Part shown: piece by piece, positions 57,340-64,000 of the stretch
How positions within the stretch are numbered: the first letter of the stretch is position 1
Layout: every line of letters starts with the position of its first letter
Assembly: GCA_000146045.2 (NCBI GenBank)
Contig: BK006941.2
Coordinates: 32,001-96,000, forward strand
Direction: 5' to 3'
Length of the DNA: 64,000 bases
Origin: TPA_inf: Saccharomyces
Taxonomy: Eukaryota
Made by a program: the position numbers and the translations under genes
The notes under the pieces: generated by a model
What the model was told of the DNA's origin: nothing
Database searches by the model: none
Seen by the model: the letters and a program-made list of their open reading frames with translations, nothing else

Positions 57340-58053
57340 TGAAAACTTTTTTTTCCTTATTTTTTCTTTGATCCCATCGAATTACTTTCTCTTTTGCCCA
57401 GGATCATCTTTCTAATCTATCATTTTATTATTTTCTCTCATGAGAAAACAGAATTTCGAAACAGATATAATAAAAAAATTGAAAAATTTGAAAAAAAAAA
57501 ATCTAGAAACATATTTTCCTAAAATGAAAATCGGAAGCTAACAAAATTTTTGAAAAACGAAATAAAGAAGAAAGATTATTATTATTACTTTTTTTATTAG
57601 TACTCCATATGGACCTCTTAGGTGAGTGATCTTATTAAAAAAAATAAAAAAAATAAAAAAATATGAAAAAAAAAGAAAATTAAAAACTAAACAAATTTTA
57701 TGACAGGAATAAAAACTATAAAAAATGAAAACCAAAAAAAAAAAGCACTGGATTTTTAACATCTTGTCCTTTTCTTTCCCTTTATCATTTTTTCTCATTT
57801 ACTTTGTTATTAATTTTTTTTTTCAAGTTCTCCACATATACATATGTAAGAATTGAGTCTATCTCTTTCTAATATTTAAGAAATACATAAAAAAACCAAT
57901 TTTTTTTTTTTATTACTAGCAAATTTATTTTTGTGAAGTGAAATTCATACATTGGCTTATTAAAGGTATTAAATATTACTGAAATTTTATGAACCAAAAA
58001 GAATAATGGATGATTGTAAGGTTACATGCAATATATCAAGATATTACTAGAGA

Positions 58054-59247
58054 TTATTTACCGCCAGCTTCTCTAAACCACCTGATGCTTCTATCTAAAC
58101 AAACACAGCATAAACTTTCATTTAAATCAGCTCCCATACCAGATCTCCAACCTTTTTTCAAAAACTTCACGTCAAAGACACCAGGTTCAGCTAAAGAATC
58201 TCCATGTTCATCAACAGCTAAGATATCCTCTTCAATTTCAATATCATCACAATGCATATTCAATGTAGTGATTCTTTCCTTTGTTTTTACATCCCAAAAT
58301 CTCAATTTACCATCCCATCCGGCACTGCATAATGTTTCACCAGAATCATTAAACGATAGACTCATGACCCAGCTAGAATGTGCAAATTCACCCAGACTTG
58401 CCTGCGAGCTATGGGTTGGTACGGATAAGGAGCCTATTCTTTCACCAAATTCAGTTTCATATAGAGTGATGCAACCAAATGAATTTGAATCGTGAGCAAT
58501 GGCTAATAAGGATCCTTGAGGAGAAAATTTCACCGATCTGATGGAATTCGAATTATTAATCATAGAATGCTGAGATTCAAAATTGTACAACGGGCGTAAT
58601 GTAGATAGTTCTGAAATTTGTACTGTTCCATTATTAAAACCTGTGGCAATTAGTCCTCGTTCAGAGATATCCACAGAAGTGGCAAATTGACTTGGAGTCA
58701 TAGGCGATTCGACAGTGCCTTGTAATTCTAACGTGGGGCTCCAATTTAGTGTTAAAGAATTTGACTCATCTGCAAACGGGTGAAACTTCCAAATGTAAGT
58801 GGTCCCTTTGACGTCTGTAGCAACCAGCCTATGGGAAAGTAGTCTGTCATTTGAGGCACCCCATTTTAATGCCCAAAAGGAATGCTTTTTCATGTCTGAG
58901 TCTAGAAGATCCAATTTCTCGAATATAACTTTTTTAGTCTCATCTTCTCTAGTGATACGATAGAAGAGTAAATCGCCAGAAAATGAAGTGGTAGCAACAA
59001 GGCATAATTCAAATGCATCTCTCTCAATAGCTTGCAAGACATCGACATGGTGCAATCCGGACTTATGGACAAAGTGAGAATATGACTTATCTTTTGGATT
59101 TTCATTATCTAACAGCTTATTATCCCACACCTTTAAGTAACCGTCACCTGAACAACTTACCGTAAATGAATTGCAAGCAGAAACCGAGAAAATATCAGCG
59201 TCATGAGCTTTACCTGCATTTGCTGTGGCAATAAACACTTTGGACAT
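58054..59247 (-). CDS. SKI8: WD40 protein SKI8 (SKI complex / Spo11 partner), 397 aa
   Basis: Begins 'MSKVFIATANAGKAHDADIFSVSACNSF…'. WD repeats. 397 aa. Confidence 0.85.
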   Translation of the reverse strand: MSKVFIATANAGKAHDADIFSVSACNSFTVSCSGDGYLKVWDNKLLDNENPKDKSYSHFVHKSGLHHVDVLQAIERDAFELCLVATTSFSGDLLFYRITREDETKKVIFEKLDLLDSDMKKHSFWALKWGASNDRLLSHRLVATDVKGTTYIWKFHPFADESNSLTLNWSPTLELQGTVESPMTPSQFATSVDISERGLIATGFNNGTVQISELSTLRPLYNFESQHSMINNSNSIRSVKFSPQGSLLAIAHDSNSFGCITLYETEFGERIGSLSVPTHSSQASLGEFAHSSWVMSLSFNDSGETLCSAGWDGKLRFWDVKTKERITTLNMHCDDIEIEEDILAVDEHGDSLAEPGVFDVKFLKKGWRSGMGADLNESLCCVCLDRSIRWFREAGGK

Positions 59248-59431
59248 TTTTCCAATACTTGATTAACCTCTTTTTCGTTTCTTGTCTTTATTTTAGATTT
59301 GTTTTAATATCGCCTAATTTTTCCTTCTTTACTTTATATTTTTTTTATTTTTCGCCTAAAGATTTGTATCAATTAATTAGCCAACAAAAACAAAAACAAT
59401 AAAGTCATATAAGGGTTGATAATTGATATTG

Positions 59432-60382
59432 ATGGCAGCTAATTCTGTAGGGAAAATGAGTGAAAAGTTAAGAATCAAGGTGGACGATGTTAAAATCAAC
59501 CCCAAGTATGTTTTATACGGTGTTAGTACACCAAACAAGCGCCTTTACAAAAGGTATTCCGAGTTTTGGAAACTGAAGACACGATTGGAGAGAGATGTAG
59601 GAAGCACCATCCCATATGACTTCCCTGAAAAGCCCGGTGTATTGGACAGGAGGTGGCAAAGAAGATATGATGATCCGGAAATGATCGATGAAAGACGGAT
59701 CGGACTAGAGAGGTTCCTCAATGAATTGTATAACGATCGTTTTGATTCTCGATGGAGAGACACAAAAATAGCGCAAGACTTCCTGCAGTTGTCAAAGCCA
59801 AATGTTTCTCAAGAAAAGTCACAGCAGCATCTAGAAACTGCTGACGAAGTGGGATGGGATGAGATGATAAGAGATATTAAATTGGATTTAGATAAGGAGA
59901 GTGATGGCACACCCAGCGTGCGTGGAGCACTAAGGGCACGTACGAAGCTCCACAAGTTACGAGAGCGACTAGAACAGGATGTGCAAAAGAAGTCTCTTCC
60001 AAGCACGGAAGTGACTCGTCGCGCCGCTCTATTGAGGTCCTTGCTCAAGGAATGCGATGACATTGGTACAGCAAACATAGCTCAGGACCGTGGACGACTT
60101 CTGGGGGTTGCCACCAGTGACAACTCTTCAACCACGGAAGTTCAAGGAAGAACGAATAACGATTTGCAACAGGGGCAGATGCAAATGGTGCGCGATCAAG
60201 AACAAGAGTTGGTTGCACTGCACCGAATTATCCAGGCACAACGTGGATTGGCCTTAGAGATGAACGAGGAGCTGCAAACACAGAATGAGCTACTTACAGC
60301 ACTTGAAGATGACGTCGATAACACTGGTAGGAGGTTACAGATAGCCAACAAGAAGGCTAGACATTTTAACAACAGTGCTTGA
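59432..60382 (+). CDS. VAM7: Vacuolar Qc-SNARE VAM7 (N-terminal PX domain, C-terminal SNARE motif), 316 aa
   Basis: Begins 'MAANSVGKMSEKLRIKVDD…' with a PX-domain RR(Y/F) region. The ATG is at 59432. The track's three extra upstream codons start at a TTG. Confidence 0.85.
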   Translation: MAANSVGKMSEKLRIKVDDVKINPKYVLYGVSTPNKRLYKRYSEFWKLKTRLERDVGSTIPYDFPEKPGVLDRRWQRRYDDPEMIDERRIGLERFLNELYNDRFDSRWRDTKIAQDFLQLSKPNVSQEKSQQHLETADEVGWDEMIRDIKLDLDKESDGTPSVRGALRARTKLHKLRERLEQDVQKKSLPSTEVTRRAALLRSLLKECDDIGTANIAQDRGRLLGVATSDNSSTTEVQGRTNNDLQQGQMQMVRDQEQELVALHRIIQAQRGLALEMNEELQTQNELLTALEDDVDNTGRRLQIANKKARHFNNSA

Positions 60383-60511
60383 ATTAATGAGTTACTATCC
60401 GGGTTACAAATCCTGAGAGTATATTTGTACTAAAAAAAAAAATTGTAAATCTAGTAATTGAAAAATTTTGGCGATGAGACGATATGGTAAGAGTAAAGCA
60501 AAGGAACCGTC

Positions 60512-61591
60512 ATGTCGTTTACTGCTCCTTCAGATCCCGTCAATAAACCGACAAAAGTGAAGGTATCACAGTTGTGTGAACTATGTCATTCAAGAAAGGC
60601 TCTCATTAGAAGACCCAAAAACCTGTCTAAACTTTGCAAACAATGCTTCTGCCTCGTGTTCGAGACGGAGATCCATAACACTATTGTAGCAAATAACTTG
60701 TTTCAGAGGGGAGAAAAAGTAGCCGTGGGGGCCTCTGGTGGTAAAGACTCCACGGTGTTAGCGCATATGCTGAAGCTTCTGAATGACCGTTACGATTACG
60801 GCATTGAGATTGTACTGTTGAGTATTGACGAAGGAATCATCGGATACAGAGATGATTCCTTGGCCACGGTGAAAAGGAATCAGCAGCAGTATGGCCTTCC
60901 TTTGGAGATTTTTTCCTTTAAGGACCTCTATGATTGGACAATGGATGAGATTGTATCCGTTGCTGGTATAAGGAACAGTTGCACGTATTGTGGTGTTTTT
61001 AGAAGACAATCATTGGACCGTGGTGCTGCAAAGCTGGGCATATCTCACGTTGTCACCGGCCACAATGCAGACGATATGGCAGAGACAGTACTAATGAATA
61101 TCCTACGTGGTGACGTAGCAAGATTGGAAAAATCGACTGCGATTATCACACAAAGTAGCGGCTCTCCCATCAAGAGATCAAAACCATTTAAATATTCTTA
61201 CCAAAAGGAAATTGTCCTGTATGCGCACTACATGAAGCTGGATTATTTTTCCACTGAGTGTACCTATGCCCCAGAAGCGTTTAGGGGCACTGCGAGAGAA
61301 TACATGAAGAATCTGGAAGCAGTGAGGCCCAGTTGCATTATAGACATCATCCAAAGTGGCGAAAATTTGGCATTAAAGGCTAAAAAATCTAACGCTGGAA
61401 AGAGAGTCGTCAAATTTGTTGACGGCAATAGATGCGCTAGATGTGGATATCTGTCGTCAAATAACATTTGCAAGGCGTGCATGTTGCTGGAAGGACTGGA
61501 GAAAAGTAGAGCCCAAGTGGCAATCGAGAATGACACTTCTGCCGATGGTGCAGCCTTGAAGCTGAGAGCTCTTGAGAAACTCAGCTTTTGA
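60512..61591 (+). CDS. NCS6: Cytoplasmic tRNA 2-thiolation protein NCS6/TUC1 (PP-loop ATPase), 359 aa
   Basis: PP-loop 'SGGKDS' and CxxC zinc-finger pairs at both ends. 359 aa. Confidence 0.87.
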
Positions 61592-61791
61592 CATATATAT
61601 AGCTCGCAGTAGAAGAATGCAGCGTAACATAATATAATATAATATAGTACGGCGCGCCCTCCATTAGAACGCGCAACACAATAAAGACAAATAAAAGAAT
61701 CAGCTATAAAGCTGGCCATTGCATGGTTCGCGCTGGAAAGAGAGGAAAAGCGTGGTGATAAAGAGCGAACCAAGCATATTGTTTTCCAAGA

Positions 61792-62460
61792 ATGAGCAAC
61801 GAAGATTACGGATACGACTACGATTATTTATTTAAGATAGTTCTTATCGGCGACTCCGGTGTGGGTAAATCTAATCTGTTGTCGAGATTTACAACCGATG
61901 AATTCAACATTGAATCCAAATCCACGATTGGCGTGGAATTCGCTACAAGAACCATTGAAGTTGAAAACAAGAAGATAAAAGCACAGATTTGGGACACGGC
62001 AGGTCAAGAACGTTACAGGGCCATCACGTCTGCGTACTACCGTGGTGCTGTAGGTGCACTTATAGTGTATGATATAAGCAAATCAAGTTCATACGAAAAT
62101 TGCAACCACTGGCTTACCGAACTGAGAGAGAACGCAGATGACAACGTGGCTGTTGGGTTGATAGGGAACAAATCAGATCTGGCTCATTTAAGAGCAGTAC
62201 CAACCGATGAAGCGAAAAATTTCGCAATGGAAAACCAAATGTTATTTACTGAGACAAGTGCTTTAAATAGTGATAATGTAGATAAAGCATTTAGAGAACT
62301 GATCGTAGCCATCTTCCAAATGGTAAGCAAACATCAAGTAGACTTAAGCGGGTCGGGTACCAACAACATGGGCTCTAATGGCGCTCCAAAGGGTCCTACC
62401 ATCAGCTTAACACCGGCACCAAAGGAAGACAAGAAGAAAAAATCCAGCAACTGTTGTTAA
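61792..62460 (+). CDS. YPT32: Rab11-family GTPase YPT32, 222 aa
   Basis: G1 'GDSGVGKS', G3 'WDTAGQE', G4 'GNKSD', C-terminal 'CC' prenylation site. 222 aa. Confidence 0.92.
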
Positions 62461-63857
62461 AAATTTTGTGCCCTACTAAGGTCGCATGGTTTCATGCATA
62501 TTCTGTCTACATATAACCCCCGTTAATAATGCTTTTATAAATATAATCAATTACATATACCTTCCCAAGTTATTTATTACTAACCTTCGTTGCACGCAAG
62601 AAAAAATGTATTAACGTACATACATTTTCTAAATAGACCTTTCCTGACGCCTGCATTTTGCAATAGCCGAAGATAAGAATATGATTTTTTTTTTACGATT
62701 TAAATATTCTGTTGTTGTGCAGTCTAAAAACACACGTGTATGTTTTTTTCCGCACGCATGAGCAGAATTAGACGGTTTTATAAACGTTCGCTCTGTGTAT
62801 TTCACGTACCTTCCCGGATACAAATTTCGTCATGGTTTATATTGGAAGTTTTTCCGAAATTGCGGGTTTTGAAGGTTTATCCGAGACGACGTGAGGGGTA
62901 GGCAGGAGAAGGAAGGCTGTTTACGTACGCAAGGATGGGGTACGACAATGATTCAATTTCTGTTGCTAAGTTTTTTGTTATTTTTTCATATTGGCCTACT
63001 CATCTTTGATATCATTATTTTTTCGAATCTACATTAGAGCGTGTTTCGGAAAACAAACTCGCTCGATACAGTAATTGCGTTTTATTTACGGAAATTACCG
63101 TTCTCGGTTCCAAGAAGGTTAGAAAAATCGGTTGTCGCTCTTTCTTTCCCCCACTTGTAAAAACAAAGAAAGTATAAAATAGTTTATGGCCCTTAAGGCA
63201 GGCCTTGTTGAATTTGAGCTATACCTACCCCAATGATAGTTCTGTGGTAGTTTGTTTGAATATGTAATATGAGAAGCACGATGGCAAACGATAATCTTCA
63301 CTGAGCTGATTTACGAGCGACCATCATCTCCACGGTGCGAATTAATAAGCTGTGGCGATGTGCTGTAGTTGCCCTATCGCCCCTGCGGAGCTTGCGTCAA
63401 CTAGCTCTCCCCTTTCCCCATTGAAGTTAGCGTATTACCATCAGTTAATGATTGATAGGCTCATACGAAGAAGAAAAAAAGCCGGGATAAGAAACCCCGC
63501 CTCCACTTTTTTGGCTCATCCGAAAATTTATCCGCGGAGACATCCACGGAGCACCCGCAAAACTGAAGTAATAACTCTAAATTATATGCCGCTGAGAAAA
63601 ATCTCGTACGAGGATACGGTAAATAATCCGTGCGAGAAAGTTTTTCCGAAAATCATTCCCGGTCAAAAGCGTTTCTGGTATATAAGCGATTGGGAAACCC
63701 GTCTATAATACGTAGTAACTTACGATCTGCCTGTCAAATTGTGTGCTTGTCCTTGTACTATTACCATTGTGTAGCTTATCTTAACTCTCAATTAAGTTTT
63801 AACTCACGCTAAGACTATTGACCTCGAGAACAAACAAAATAAAAATAAAAAAAGAGA

Positions 63858-64000
63858 ATGCCTAAAAAGCAAACGAATTTCCCAGTAGATAACGAAAACA
63901 GACCTTTTAGATGTGATACCTGTCACCGTGGTTTCCATCGGTTAGAACATAAAAAGAGACACTTGAGAACACACACTGGGGAAAAACCTCATCATTGCGC
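63858..64000 (+). CDS. MIG2: N-terminal part of C2H2 zinc-finger glucose repressor MIG2 (runs off the window end)
   Basis: '[47 protein letters not shown]' is a classic tandem C2H2 finger start. Located downstream of YPT32. Confidence 0.75.
   Translation, partial: MPKKQTNFPVDNENRPFRCDTCHRGFHRLEHKKRHLRTHTGEKPHHC

Noticed and set aside
58010-58495. 161-aa plus-strand ORF antisense to the SKI8 3' half
   Set aside because: It overlaps conserved WD40 repeats of SKI8 on the other strand and is likely spurious.

Overview
This window reads as a contiguous, gene-dense stretch of Saccharomyces cerevisiae nuclear DNA. Nearly every long ORF translates to a protein I recognise as a known yeast protein. 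Their order and orientation match my memory of the chromosome VII left arm, roughly YGL250W (RMR1, truncated at the window start) through YGL209W (MIG2, truncated at the window end). It includes ZIP2, PDE1, BRR6, RAI1, GUS1, RTF1, TAD1, KAP114, DOC1, CSE1, HAP2, MTO1, ADE5,7, SEC15, TAN1, EMC4, SAP4, SHE10, VID30, OST5, MTC3, VRG4, SDT1, COG1, EDC1, NIF3, BOL2, MDM34, KIP3, CLG1, SKI8, VAM7, NCS6 and YPT32. Gene names come from recall of the protein sequences and their synteny, not from a database search. I found two spliceosomal introns with canonical yeast signals. One is in TAN1. The other is in OST5, which has a 7-codon first exon. There is one tRNA gene, tRNA-Val(AAC) on the minus strand, with its Pol III terminator. 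It borders the only large ORF-free block in the window, about 3 kb at 41.9-44.9 kb. That block looks like a classic tRNA-adjacent retrotransposon landing zone holding degenerate LTR-like fragments, and is the most likely place for unannotated non-coding elements. Start codons were checked against the sequence. The supplied ORF track extends several genes upstream through non-ATG codons (CSE1, BOL2, VAM7, YGL242C). It also passes real in-frame upstream ATGs in GUS1 and DOC1. I trimmed these to the starts I believe are the accepted ones. I see no evidence of a novel multi-gene system, and the window looks like ordinary, well-studied yeast chromosome. The second-look items are the tRNA-flanking gene desert, the micro-exon intron, the upstream in-frame ATGs, several unusually long simple repeats, and small promoter motifs.
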